Source of the DNA: Lingula anatina
Lineage: Eukaryota > Animalia > Brachiopoda
Length of the DNA stretch: 64,000 nucleotides
Direction of reading: 5' to 3'
Assembly: GCA_051362555.1 (NCBI GenBank)
Contig: CM120648.1
Location: forward strand, 12,892,587 to 12,956,586
A model generated the notes under the pieces. The model saw only the letters and a program-made list of their open reading frames with translations. It had not been told where the DNA came from and did not search any database. Each line of letters opens with the position of its first letter. The stretch's first letter is position 1. Shown piece by piece: positions 47,322 to 61,149 of the stretch. Both the position numbers and the translations under genes were made by a program.

Positions 47322-47559
47322 TAAGGCACAAGACAATAGAGACGACCCTGGAACATTAATGTGTCCTTTGATGTCAGGGGCTTGTAGAATAATATAATAT
47401 ATAAAATTTAGGTATAAGCCCGTGTGGGGAAAACATCCACTTTAACAGTCTGTAGCAATAAAACTACCCCTACGCTACCCGCCCCCTAAACAGTGGCACT
47501 GCAGTACAGAAGGACAATTGTTACCCTCTGTTATCAGCCCACCTGAAATACGCAACATA

Positions 47560-48639
47560 GGGGAGACCGGGGCTAGTTGGCCCCATGGTCGGGGCAAGTT
47601 GGCCCCCCTATACGAAAATGAAGTACATATCCCAATGGGCCATGTAAACGCCTTGAAATACATTTTTATACATTTTTAATTTATTAGATTGATTTTTGAG
47701 AGTCTTTGATGAATAAATAGTTCAAATGAGGCAGATTTATTGAGGTTTCCGTACGTCACGTTGTGTGTGTGTGTTTGGTGGGGGGGGGGGGGGGGTATGT
47801 GTTGCAAGAACCATAATATCTATCAGTAAAATTTGTTTTGTTTTAATTAAGAATACATTGCATGGTATAAATCAGGTTTTTAATGAATGAAAACGAATAA
47901 TAAATTTTCGTTTTAAAAGTTCAGTTTTAAACCATTGAGTTTATTTCAACAATGGTCTCTAGCTAGGGAGGGTGGAAAATCCCCTTTATAACACCATAAA
48001 TACAAAGGGAATCCCCTTAAAATGAATCAAGGCAAAATAATTGCTTTTCTCAGGAAAGTCCAATGGATTTGCTTTTTAATACATACAATTAACAGAACAT
48101 TTCTAATATAAATTTTCGAAAAGACACCAGAGAGCAAATTAAATTAAACCAATCAGACGGTAAAACCGACAGGCTTTGTCAATTTCAACAACTTGTTTAT
48201 TTCAAACAGCGGTGCGTGCAAAGGATTGTGGGTAATATGAGGGTCCAACTTGCCCCGAGTCAAGGGGGCCAACTAGCCCCGGGTGCACATTTTTTATTTT
48301 AAAGGATGGCAGCCATTTATGATGCTAGAAAGAGCAACGATGATATATCTCTGTGAAACTTAAAACAATGAGCTTTAGTTTGATGCCCTATACATTATAT
48401 TATATTCGATTAAAAGCCTATGAAAATAGATTTTAAACAAAATTGCTTTTAGGTGCAAAAATCGTTTATTTGGACTCACCGCTTAAGTAAAACTTTTTAA
48501 CGTCCGACACTTCCTTAGTATTGTAGGCTACGGTCACTTTACAAGAGTATGTGGCCATTTTTTTTTACCTCGTAGTTACTTTTTCATAAATTGACGGGGG
48601 GCCAACTTACTCCGGGGTCCAACTAGCCCTGGTCTCCCC
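47560..48639. mobile_element. Tc1/mariner-pogo-type MITE
   Basis: TA-flanked TIRs GGGGAGACCGGGGCTAGTTGG / CCAACTAGCCCTGGTCTCCCC; family member at 62479-62745. Confidence 0.8.
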
Positions 48640-48920
48640 TAATCACGCTGATTTTCAATATTTTCGTACCAGACCACTAGCGCACCCTGTGGTCAAAGAG
48701 TAGATAATTGTAGGATTGGGTGTAATCACACAGCTGGGTATCTGGGCAAAAATTAAATGTGCATTTCATAACATAGATAGGGATATTCTACTCAGCGCCT
48801 ACTGTAGGTGTGAAGCCCCCCTCCCACCCCCGCTGCCAAATATAAAGGGTATGTCTAGGGAGGAATGCGTTCCCGTTGATTACTCGAAATTTTCTTGTTT
48901 GCCACACAACACTTTTGTAA

Positions 48921-49916
48921 AGCTACTCTTACAACCGGTCGTGCGTGCTTCTACGAGCGGTTTGCGTGCAAAAAATTGGCCAAGTAGTAAGATACACGCA
49001 CGTGGAACGTACTGTTTTTGGTGGACGCAAACACGACGCAAAGCACGCAGCCCGAAAACTGGCCGGCCAGTATTTCGCTACGACCTGTCTGCGACAATTA
49101 GAACGCCTGGAGCACGCTCGTAGCACGCAAGACAAAAGTACTGAGTAAGTGCGCTAGGCGTGCGTGTAACGCAGGAAAAGCATGCAGAAATCCCGGGGTA
49201 TTTTACCACGAAGACGTACTTACCACGCAAGAGACTTGTACGTTCAACTTGCTTTCAATGTACGTGTTAACGAAAAGGGGGGTGAGCGCACTTCCTCCGT
49301 GCGTTTATCTCATTTCCAAAGTGCGTGGCGATCGAGTACTACTACCATACTTGTGAAGTGCGTCACACTAAGACGATGCACGTGCCCAGCACGATAAAAG
49401 TGCAGGCGATCCCAGCAACCACTGCAAGCATTGCGTCACGATCTTCGGCCTCCTCTATCATTAGCAGCTGTGGAAGTCGATGGCGCATCCTTCTTGGAAG
49501 TGCCATTTTGGAAGCCAAAACAGTGAATGATGAAGAGACTCGGTGCTCCCTTTTATATTATTTTGATTATCCGTGCGTTCCACTTCCGTGCTTATTACGT
49601 TTCTCTTACGTTTCTCTTACTTTGTAAGTACGATTTCTGAAAACGTACGCTTCACTTGCAATACACGTATGATTATCTCACTCACTGTGTGCGACACAAG
49701 TACAGATCGTACGTGCTCCTTACTTCTTCCTACTTCCAAAAAAAGGCGTACAGGCCACTTGCGGGCCCCACGTTTACTGCACAACACACCTACTCATAAA
49801 GTACTTACTACTCCGTCCGCTGCGATTTAATTTTCATCCTGCGACAACGCTACGTCTGACAAGAACTCCGAGGACGCACGATCTCTAAGCACGCACGACG
49901 GGTTGTAAGAGAGGCT
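48921..49916. mobile_element. Second copy of the PIF/Harbinger-type non-autonomous element
   Basis: Same termini as 21231-25991; TAA on both flanks; lacks the nested P-like element. Confidence 0.82.
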
Positions 49917-50267
49917 TAACACACTGCCAGTGCACCCCGTGATCAGACAACGCATTTGCAAACACGAATCAGTACAGGGGTCAAATTTTAAATATTCGAA
50001 CTCTGATCTTCAACAAGTCATTTTATTCAATCGTAAATACAGATTAGTGAGTTTATAATCGAGTGAGGTTGCCTAATCTAGCCATAGTGAGCAATACAAC
50101 TTGACTGCGTTTTTATTAAACTATAAGCAAAACATACAGGTATGTGCATTAAGCAAGCCTCCAGACGTGTTTTATTATGTGTAGATATCTATCCTGCACT
50201 GAGCCATATTTTTAGTTTTATTTTTCTATTACCCTTGGCAAAATACTAGTATACGTTTAGTAAACAA

Positions 50268-52863
50268 CCCAGCAGGCATAGTTGCGTTGGATCAACGTTG
50301 AAAACAGGTTGATACGTTGAACTGCTGTTGATCTACCTAAATTCAAGGTAAAATCAACGTTGATCCAGCCACGTTGACTCAACGTTGTCTTTTGGTCAAT
50401 GACACAACCTTGCAGTTATGGATTGTAATTTAAAATTTTAATTATTGAAAACGTGATACTTTGTTTATCAATACTGTAACTAAATTAATCAAAATAATAA
50501 CAAAAGGGTTTTAAAGTAAAAGTGACAGTTGTTTTGTGTCTTTAGATAACTAGTGAATTTTCTTAACTTGTTATTCAGAAATACATTCCAATAAACTGAA
50601 TTCCTTGCAAGGTCAGCTAACACTAGGATGAACAAGGCAGCAAAGCTGTCAAATGTACAGACAAAAAGCAGGAAATAACAAAATAGGCTACTGTCAATTC
50701 TGATGCAAAAGTACATTATGTTAAACTGCAAATTCAACATCAAATTTTAATTATGCTCAACAGGTAATACCAATGTAAGTAAAAATTAATGTGAAACGAG
50801 CATAAGGCTTCAGGCCCATGGGAGTTCAAGTTCACACTTTGAAAATGTATAACTTCCAGAAAAAGAAGTCAATTAGACTGCTTTTCCAACTCAGGCTGCA
50901 TTTTAGTCCTTAATACCAATGTAAGTAAAAATTAATGTAAAACGAGCATAAGGCTTCAGGCCCATGGGAGTTCAAGTTCACACTTTGAAAATGTATAACT
51001 TCCAGAAAAAGAAGTCAATTAGACTGCTTTTCCAACTCAGGCTGCATTTTAGTCCTGTATTTCTTTTTTGAAAGTTTGGCAATCATAAGTAACATGGTTT
51101 TCCCATAATGGTCATCATGGCAGCAGCACCCAAAATTGTGTTTTCTTCTATTCTGATGCAGTATCACATAATGGTTAACAGCATAATGACAATCAATTTT
51201 TAATAACAAAATATACATGTATCATGGATTTTCAGAAAATGTGACTATAGCCTGGGTCTTCAAGCCTGTGGAACTTCAAAGTCACACCTTGAAAATGCCA
51301 ATATGTGAAAAATTAAACTTTCACAAAAAAACTGTTTATCTGGCAGATTGCATTGCCTACTGAAGCTGTATTTTAGTCCCATGTTTCTTTCCTGTAAGTT
51401 TGAGAACAGTAAGTGACATGGTTTTTCTTAAAAGGTAATCATGGGAGCAGTACCCAAAATAGGTTTTTTTCACATTTTGATGCAATATTACATATTTTTT
51501 AACAGCATAATGACCATCAATTTTTAATAATAAAATATTAGTATCATGGATATTCAGAAAATGTGACTAGCAAAGGTCTTCAGGCCCATGGAACTTCAAA
51601 GTCACAACTTGAAAATGCCAAAATGTAAACAAGACAGCACTGTTCTGAAATGTTTTTTTCCCCATTTTTAACAATTTTTAACGTAAAACAAAATTAACAG
51701 TTTACTGCCATTTTTATATGATCAACTAAGAAAATTGATGAGATGAGAAAGTATCAATAGAGCAGTGTTAAATGTCCAATTTCTTCCATTCTGAGATTCT
51801 GAACATAGTGAATGATTGAATCTGACAAATTGCAGTGATATGAGTTTATTTCCATTTTTGAAACTTTACACAATACACGATAACATGTTTACCATCATTT
51901 TTACAAAATCAACTAACAATGTTGTAAAGATGCAGGGAATGTCAAACAAACACTTTCACATATCTTATTAGTTTAATAATGAGACTGTTAACATGCCTAA
52001 AATTGAATCTGAGGAAATGTGAAAAAACAGCATACCTTCTAAAATAATGGCACGATTATGCTGATTTACGAACTCAACCTGCATTTTAGTAAAATTGACC
52101 ACTCCTGTGACTTTCATGACAATTGGCCCATCTGTTTTCCTTATATTGTGTTTACAGTGTTGCATATATGCTGAAAAGTGTAAAAAAACAGCATAACTAG
52201 TAAAATGGTGGCCCGATCATGCCGATTCTCAAACTTGACCTGCGTTTTAGTAAGATTGATTACTCCTATGAGTTTCATGACAACAGGTCTATCGGTCTTC
52301 CTTGAAATGTGTTAACAGTGTTGCATATATGCTGAAAAGTGAAGAAACAGCAGAATTACTAAAATAGTGGCCCGATCATGCCGATTTTCGAACTTGATCT
52401 GCGTTTTAGTAAGACTGATTACTCTTGTGAGTTTCATGACAACAGGCCTATCGGTTTTCCTTGAAATGTGTTAACAGTGTTGCATATGTGCTAAAAAGTG
52501 AAAAAACAGCATAAATTCTACAATAATGGCCCGATCATGCTGATTTTCGAACTTGACCTGCGTTTTATGAATATTAGTCAGCGCTGTAAATATAAAGCCA
52601 AAAAGTAAAATTGTCTTCCACTTATGGTGTTAACGCTGAAAGTGCACGGCGACGGCGACAGCGACGGCGACATGATCGGCGACGGCGACGGCGACGACAG
52701 ACGCAGGTGATGGCAATATGTACAGACACATCTGTGTCTGTACATAATAAGTTGCTGTAAATGTGATGGAGTTAACAGTTCTTGGTAACCTGCTATTATA
52801 GATAGACAGGCTGAGGTGACTGTGACTTTGTTATATATATGTATATATAAGGTTGTAGTTATC

Positions 52864-52899
<36 letters not shown>

Positions 52900-53182
52900 A
52901 AAATAACTATATATATATATTAATCTAAACCTTGGAAATTTTAACTTAAAGGCCAAACATTTATACCCTACATATTTTTAGCCATCAAAAATGTCCTACT
53001 GCTAAACACATCCAGGCTAATTTCCCGCTGGGTGGGGTTGATATAACATTGTTTTCTGACGTTGATACAACGTTGTTATCTGAGGTTGACACAACTTTCA
53101 AATCCATCGTTTATACAATGTCTTCTCAACATTATGGTTCAACTTTGTTTCAACGTTAAAACAACATAATTTGCCCGCTGGG
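50268..53182. mobile_element. CMC/EnSpm-type non-autonomous element with internal duplications
   Basis: Ends CCCAGCAGGCA / TGCCCGCTGGG; 2-bp TSD AA; subterminal caacgttg repeats; internal 146-bp duplication (50765/50911) and imperfect repeats of about 325 bp. Confidence 0.6.
51627..52748. mobile_element. Nested Helentron/HINE-like element with tandem units of about 165 bp
   Basis: Starts aacaag; 3-4 tandem units at about 52005-52570; (cggcga)n tract; terminal hairpin atgtacagacaca-tc-tgtgtctgtacat. Confidence 0.5.
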
Positions 53183-54397
53183 AATGCAAAATGAAGGGCA
53201 CAAGCGTACTCAGAACTTATAAGAGTGAGATACCATTATTATACATGCACACGCATCTACTGCAAATATACTTAATACACAAAATCTATAACAGCTTCCC
53301 CAGGACTTTCGTGTACACTGTGCCCTGTCTCATCATATATAATATCAAAGTGATTACTATGTAAACCCGTGGTATCTTCATGCGGAAGAACGAATGAAAA
53401 ATTAGCGTGCTATATGGCTCTCTAACAGCTTTATGTCTTGAAGACTCAGAAAACACTAGTCACAGGTGTTGATGTAGCGGCGCCTCGGTTGGTTTCGCCC
53501 GCGTCTCAAACGTCAGGTGTCTTTCTAATGGTAAGTGATTCTTTCTCCAAAGCGGTTTAAGAGCCGTATTTATACTGCAAGATCCTTTCTATACAATATA
53601 AAGTGACTACATCAATCTAATTATACAATCAAAATCTATCAGTATTACAATATGTATATGTGCGGACCAACAAGAAAACAGCTATTATATCCAATACTGA
53701 ATATTAATTTTTGGCTCTTATTAGAAAAAACAAGTACATGGCTAAGTAATAACTATGTAGACCCGAAACCTATATAATAAGTAGTGAAAGCTTAAAGATA
53801 ATAAATACATAAGCTGACTAATAAGTTAAAAGACCTGTGTGTCCCTGGGAGACAGCTAAAGTGACATATATACTGAAGATAACGGTGGTGACACTTGGTT
53901 TGTAATCTTGAATGACAGAGTTATTTAATAAAGGCTACTTTAAGTAACACCGAAAAGAGGAGCCATTAACTAGCAAGCCTTGACAGGTGCTCTTTGGAGT
54001 TGACTAAGTACTTTTGCACTAAGAACAGCAAGTAAACTGACAACTATATTCTTACTCACATCACTGCGTGATAAAATGACAAGATATTCACACTGTATAT
54101 AAATAAATGTTGCTTGCACCTTAAAAGATTAAAATAATAATCTATGCAATAGAATGTCCTGCGTAATAATATGCACTGGACATGCCCTACAGTGAACACG
54201 AAACCAAGAAAAAGACGACCACTCTTTAACAAAAAGAGAAAAAAGCACTTACGCCTGTAATGCATTGAAAAATTATCGTCCTTTTCTTGGCTACAGGTTT
54301 CTTGATAAAAGCGTCCTTTGTTATATGAGATCAAACACTACATGTATATCTGTACTGTATGGCACCGCAAGCACCTTCTTTCGCTGTGAATACTGAA

Positions 54398-57170
54398 TTG
54401 ACCAAACACGCCCCCCCCCCAAATAAAACCCCTTGTTACGTTCAAACGCGTGTTTTGTCAACAGTTGACCGAGTTAGGAATGACCAAGTTCACCAGAACC
54501 ACATTTTAACAGTTTCTTAGTAACCTACATAGTTAGGCTGATTCACATTTCTAAAGATGTTTCAATTTACATTTTACTACCGACTCCTTTTTGAACCTTT
54601 TTAATGATTAGAGTGTTCATTATACACACGATTTAAGATAGTACCTGTTCGTTGTAATACAGTTCATGTATACTAAAACTTGTCTCCTAGAGCACACTGA
54701 ATTTCAAAGCGGGTAACATGCCTTATTTTTCCGTTGTTCTCTTAGTCGTTTTTTCTAAGTAAAATAACATTGATCTCAGATATATAAGCTATGATTAAAT
54801 TAAGTTATCTTTAAAACCTGCCTGCAGAAATACAGGTTGAGAAAATTGCCATAAATCGTTAGTATGCACAAAACAATTTCATTATCAACATATGTGAAAA
54901 ATTCGCTTTTTACATGTACAAGTCATCAATAAAAGTGCTTAAACAAAAGCCAAACATTTTTCAATGAGCATTTAAATCCACACAATAAAGATGTCGACTA
55001 CATTATGCTTCGATATTATTTCATTTTTCTATTTTTCCAAAATAACGACAGTCAAGAATTAGCAATAGCTCTTATTGTTACCGTAATTCGTAATCCTTTT
55101 AAAGTGGCTTACAATTATCGGAACTCTCGTCTTCAACACCTTGACTCCACAAATAATAAATAACATATTAATCTCGTATTCTTATTAATACGATAAAAGT
55201 AATCAAAACCATACAACTAACTGGAAATTAATATAGCAAGGACGTCAAAACACATGCAAATCTTTTGGTCTCACAAAGCAAACCCTCTGGTTGTTTGCAA
55301 CAGGTAACACGGACATTGAAAAACTAGCAAGTGATTCTAGCATGTGACATAAAAGCCACTTAAAATTCTAATTGTGTGAAAAATGAAAATTTCACACATA
55401 AAAAACAGAATGATTACCGTAATGAAATTAAAGTGATAATACTGATTTTCAAAAGCAACCTTCCTCTATATAAAAAGCCACTCAGTAAATTCAAAGCAAA
55501 ACAAAATACGGTGTGGCAATTATGGGGCGAAAATCGATATAATAAAGCAAAAATAGAATAATTACCGTACATGTAAACCAATCATGCTGACCAAACACGC
55601 CCCCCCCCCCAATAAAACCCCTTGTTACGTTCAAACGCGAGTTTTGCCAGCAGTTGACCGAGTAAGGAATAACCATGTTCACCAGAACCACATTTTAACA
55701 GTTTCTTAGTAACCTACATAGTTAGGCTGATTCACATTTCTAAAGATGTTTCAATTTACATTTTACTACCAACTCCTTTTTGAACCTTTTTAATGATTAG
55801 AGTGTTCATTATACACACGATTTAAGATAGTACCTGTTCGTTGTAATACAGTTCATGTATACTAAAACTTGTCTCCTAGCACACTGAATTTCAAAGCGGG
55901 TAACATGCCTTATTTTTCCGTTGTTCTCTTAGTCGTTTTTTCTAAGTAAAATAACATTGATCTCAGATATATAAGCTATGATTAAATTAAGTTATCTTTA
56001 AAACCTGCCTGCAGAAATACAGGGTGAGAAAATTGGCATAAATCTTTAGTATGCACAAAACAATTTCATTATCAACATATGTAAAACATTCGCTTTTTAC
56101 ATGTACAAGTCATCAATAAAAGTGCTTAAACAAAAGCCAAACATTTTTCAATGAGCATTTAAATCCACACAATAAAGATGTCGACTACATATGCTTCGAT
56201 ATTATTTCATTTTTCTATTTTTCCAAAATAACGACAGTCATGCAAATCTTCTGGTCTCTCAAAGCAAACCCTTTGGTTGTTTGCAATGTCGTTTTGTAGG
56301 ACAACTTGGATGCTAAGCTCTTCTCTGCTTATAGCTGTATCACACACACGTCTCCTTACCCTTCACGTTGCGTTCCATGTCCACCGCGTCCTTACTGTCA
56401 CCACTACTGCCCGCCCTCTGAGAAAAAACTGTCATCGATGTTGCCATGACGTCGGAGCTCGACAGACCGTTTTCCAAAGACGCTGCCGTCGTAATTATTG
56501 AACGCTGCTGCTTGCCCTGATGCATTTCGTTGACGGAGACCGACTTGCAAGGAGGTGGAGGTGGGTTGTCTTGACGATGGTCGTGACTTTTTGCGGTCTT
56601 GTGTACGTCCGACAAAGACGCATGAACGGTCACGTCTCGGTTTTCTACTGTCACTGTGGAATTTTCTTTCTCAAATGTAAGACCTGATAAAAAAAGATGT
56701 ATAGGTACAATGTCAATGTTCATTCGACGAGTTACTCTAAAACTAGATAGCAAAGCTGACAAATATACGGGCATTATACAGGAAACAAAACTGTCAAATG
56801 CTCAGACATTACGCAGAAAAAAAGTACAAAATAATGTTTTGATGCATTGTTACATGATTAAAAAGCATAATCATTCTTACCCAACACGGACATTGAAAAC
56901 TAGCAAGTGATTCTAGCATGTGATATAAAAGCCACTAAAAATTCTAATTGTGTGAAAAATGAAAATTTCACACAAAAAACAGAATGATTACCATAATAAA
57001 ATAAAGTGATAATACCGATTTTCAAAAGCAACCTTCCTCTATATAATATCGAAAAAGCCGTTCAGTAAATTCAAAGCAAAACAAAATACGGTGTGGCAAT
57101 TATGGGGTAAAAATCGTTATAATAAATCATAAATAGAATAATTACCGTACATGTAAACCAATCATGCTGA
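54398..57170. repeat. Local tandem segmental duplication (54398-55587 versus 55588-57170)
   Basis: 54398-55053 matches 55588-56240; 55253-55299 matches 56239-56286; 55305-55590 matches 56883-57170. Confidence 0.9.
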
Positions 57171-57465
57171 TTTTTTCGAAAGCAATCTATCTATTAATCA
57201 AACAAAGCCAGTCAGTAAATTTAAAATAATCCAAAATACAGTTTGGCAGGTATGTCACCAAAATTGTGAAAAAAAAAAAAAAAAAAAAAAATTACCGTAA
57301 ATGTTAACCGATCCTGCTGATTTTTGAAAGTAATCTGTCTTTTTACCAAATAAAACCACTCAGTAAATTTAAAGTAAAACAAAAAACACAGTTTGGCAGT
57401 TATGGGGCGAACGTCATGTGTCGGCAGCGACGGCAAAGGCGATAGCGACGACGCAGACAGACAAA

Positions 57466-57548
<83 letters not shown>

Positions 57549-57562
57549 AGTGCTTTTCCTGT

Positions 57563-57625
<63 letters not shown>

Positions 57626-60600
57626 AAAAAGAAAAAAAGAACAGCAGCTATTTTGCCCCGACCGGTTTCACTACTAGACTATACATCATTACATCTTCAG
57701 AGGGTTTGGTTATTTTGGTTACTATATGATGTCATAAAGGCTCAATGTGATGTCTCTAACAATGGGTACTTGATTGTTGCTTTTACCAATGATGTTACCT
57801 GTTTAATGTAGGTTTATACTTATTAATAAATATATATATATTTTAATTTCCCTTTCTGGGGAATACCGTAAAGTCCTTGTTTTTGTTCATAGAGCATTCC
57901 CTAATGTGCCCACTCACAGCCGTGCACTGATATTTAGGTTGTCTTATTTGTTGTCTGTGAACGGTCATTCTATGTCGGAGAGTGTCTCCAGTTTGTCCTA
58001 TATAGTTCTCACCGCATCCACTGCAAGTTAATACATAAATTAAATTTGAGCTAGTGCAGGTGAATGGGTGTTTAATTCTAAATGTAAGTCCATTTTTAAA
58101 TGTTAGATGGCTCCCCTCTTTAATTAGTGTGCAGGTGCCGCACCTGGGTACCTCACATTTCGGTACTCGTATTGTTGAGGTTTCCACATTTGTCCATTTG
58201 TCAAATTTTGCTTTTTTTAAAGGCCGGGTCACACTGCGCTTGCGACCTTTTTGCAACCTTTTTGCAACCACAAAATCTGGCGGTCGCTTGCGATCACTTT
58301 GCAAGCTAATTAAGAAGCTATTGACAATTTTGATCGGCAAGCAGTCGCAAACCGGTTGCAACTAGGTTGCAGTATGGTATCTGCAACCTCTTATAGACCA
58401 TCTTCCAGTTAAAGGTTGCCAGTCGCACACTGTTTGCCGAGCGATACACAACCTGTCTGCAACCACTTGGTGACCGAAAACCGGTTGCAGGACTGTAGCA
58501 ATCGCTTGTCAACTGGTAGCAGCAAGGTCGCACAGAACATATATGTTGCCAACTTGTGACAGTAACTGCTTTCCCATAAATTCCTCTCTCAAAAGACAAA
58601 AATGTTCTAGTAAAACGACTCCTTTTCAGAAAGACGGAACTGCTATAATCATTGACTTTGTTTACCTAATAAATAAAACGAGTAAAAAAACTCGAAAATA
58701 CTGGGTGAACCCGTGGATTGCAAGACGCCCCTTGTAAGGCGATTAGAAACATTTGATGAAAGAACTTCAACTTGAAAACCGGGAAGTTTTCATATCCTTC
58801 CTACAAATAGAACCAACAATGTTCTGTGACCTTTTGAAAAGACTACACCCTCACCTAACGAAACCAGTGCTGTAATAAAAACATAAACTTGCATACGTTT
58901 TAATCCTTATTAATCTCATAATACTCTTTAATATTTTCTTGGTCGAATACTTGGTCTCTTTGAGGTCGCAAGGCCTGTGCAGTTACGGTCACACTGAACA
59001 AAAAACCTCTTTGCGACTTGCAACTGTCACCGGTTACAAAAAGGTAGGCAACCGGTTACAACAACTAGCAAAGTGGTTTTCAAATGAACTCTGGGTTAAT
59101 ATCCGGTTGCGCCGGTTTTCGGTGCAGCACCAAAAAAACCTACTTGTGGTATTCAACCGGTTGCTAAAAGGTCGCCGACTGCTTTGCAACTGATTTGCAA
59201 CCGAATGTGTGGTTTTCCCTTTGTCTTTTTAACCTTAGGCGTTAGCCACTTACAATACAACGTAATTAAATAGTGACAAGTCATGCGCATCGTGTACTTT
59301 TTACACTCTCATCCTTGTAGTGAGGATACCAAGCACTGGAAAGATGTTAAATTGTTTCTGCTGAAACTATTTTTATTTCAGTCTATTGGACACATTTTAC
59401 GATTTGTTCAATTATTTGTGGATAATTTTGATTGTTGAAATTATTATATTAAATAGCAGTTATACCTTGCTGATTCAATTGCTTTTATTTCCGTTTCTCT
59501 GCATTCGTGTATTTGTTTCATTGTTTACTCTGATAACATGGCTTTGCAAATAACATACAGCGATATATAATTGAGGTTTTCGGCATTTTACCTATGATTT
59601 TCGCAAAATGATTAAATAAATAAACGTAGCGTCAAAAAATCGTACATTGCTTTTATCATCACTTTTTTTGGTTTCGTAAGTGTGAAATACCTGGTATATG
59701 AAAGCCTTGGCAATTGGTATAAAATATTGCCAACAAATGCAATTTATGTTTTCTTTTTCTAAAATATTATAATTTATGACCTTGATATTTAGAAGGCTTA
59801 CATAACAAATTATGAAAAAAGTCTTTGCCCAAATAGACCACCATCCTACGCCTATTTTATTGCAGTCGCTTGCAACCTTCCTGTGACATATTTTCGAACG
59901 CCTGCGATCGGTAAAAAACCTGTAAGCGACCAAGATACTAAAGACCGTCAATCGACCATGCAGTTACAACTGCAACCTTCTAGCGACCTGCTGCCGACTA
60001 CTTGCGACTGTTAAAAAACTTGTAAGCGACCAGTCGACTAAATACGGTCAATCGACCGTGCAGTTGCAAATGGTATGCTACTGGTTATAGCAACCTACTG
60101 ACAACCAAGAAGAGACCGATAGGCAAACTTTAGGATACCGATAATTTTCATCTTTAGTCGCACTGGTTGTCGGTGCACAAAAAATGGCCTTCATGTGTCA
60201 ACGATCGCAGGCGACCTGTTAGCAACCTTATGTGACCACTTTAAAACCTATGGCAACCTCCTTGCGACTGAGGTTGCAAAGAGGTTGCCAAAAGGTTGCA
60301 AGAGCAGTGTGACCCAGGCTTAAATTTGCTTAAGTGATGGGCTTTGTCTCTTACTCTTTATAATCTGTATTTCAGTTAGTATCTCATCCATTTTGTCATC
60401 TTGTTTTACCAAAGGTAGGTTTCCAGTTGGATTATATGTTGATATGTACGGTATGGTTTACTTTTTAATTTTGTCTTTGGTGGTCCTCAGGTCGTTCTTC
60501 TGTATCTGTTTTGCTTTTTTAATCCCCATGCTACAGGTATCTTAAAACAAATTTCGGAAAAACTTACAATGATCAACGACACGTTTCGGGAAGTCCAACT

Positions 60601-61111
60601 CCAGACCAGGAAACAAGAAAACTTACTATAGAACGTCCCACAACCAATGTGACCTTATAAGAAACAGACAATGTCAAATAAGCACGTACATGGAATGAGA
60701 AATTGAGATATAGACGTATATATACTCGTACAGGAAAAACAATAACTCTCAAAAAAAAAAAATATATATATATATAATATATATATATATATTTTTTTTT
60801 CAATTCTTTGTTTGCAAAAAACTCTTTGTGAACCATTATTTAGCAAATGAGAAAAATAAACACATGTAGATATACTGTAAATAAATACACATACTATAAA
60901 TAAATAAACTATAAATAACCAAACTATGATTAGATACATACATTATCAAAAAGTACTGCCCCAAAATTGCCACTATTTCACGCTCCTTGTAGTCACAAAT
61001 AGAGACATGATACAGTTAGTAAAAAATACTTCAAGCATCCACATCTCTTGTTAATCTAAGGTAAAAAATGGGTCAATGAAATACGTCGCTATGGAAACAG
61101 TCACATCAGTA

Positions 61112-61149
<38 letters not shown>

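Larger units (their letters stand above)
57550..60530 (-). mobile_element. Neptune-type Penelope-like retroelement, 5'-truncated and split by a Harbinger insertion
   Basis: 57843-58217 encodes KCEVPRCGTC...FTCTSSNLIYVLTCSGCGENYIGQTGDTLRHRMTVHR (Cys motif plus GIY-YIG); 60324-60530 encodes the linker IPYISTYNP...KSKRQSPSLKQI; the pseudo-LTR with a hammerhead core abuts (TA)n. Confidence 0.85.

Noticed and set aside
53460-53540. GC-rich patch ending in a GTAAGT donor-like site
   Set aside because: No ORF or partner exon could be identified; insufficient evidence for a gene.
57393-57677. ORFs with IYIY/ERER runs (also near 10854 and 18539)
   Set aside because: Translations of (TA)n and (GA)n microsatellites.
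60628-60654. Possible 27-nt phase-1 micro-exon (HIGCGTFY) in the TNFR-like intron
   Set aside because: AG/GT signals exist, but it lies beside PLE debris and has no other support.
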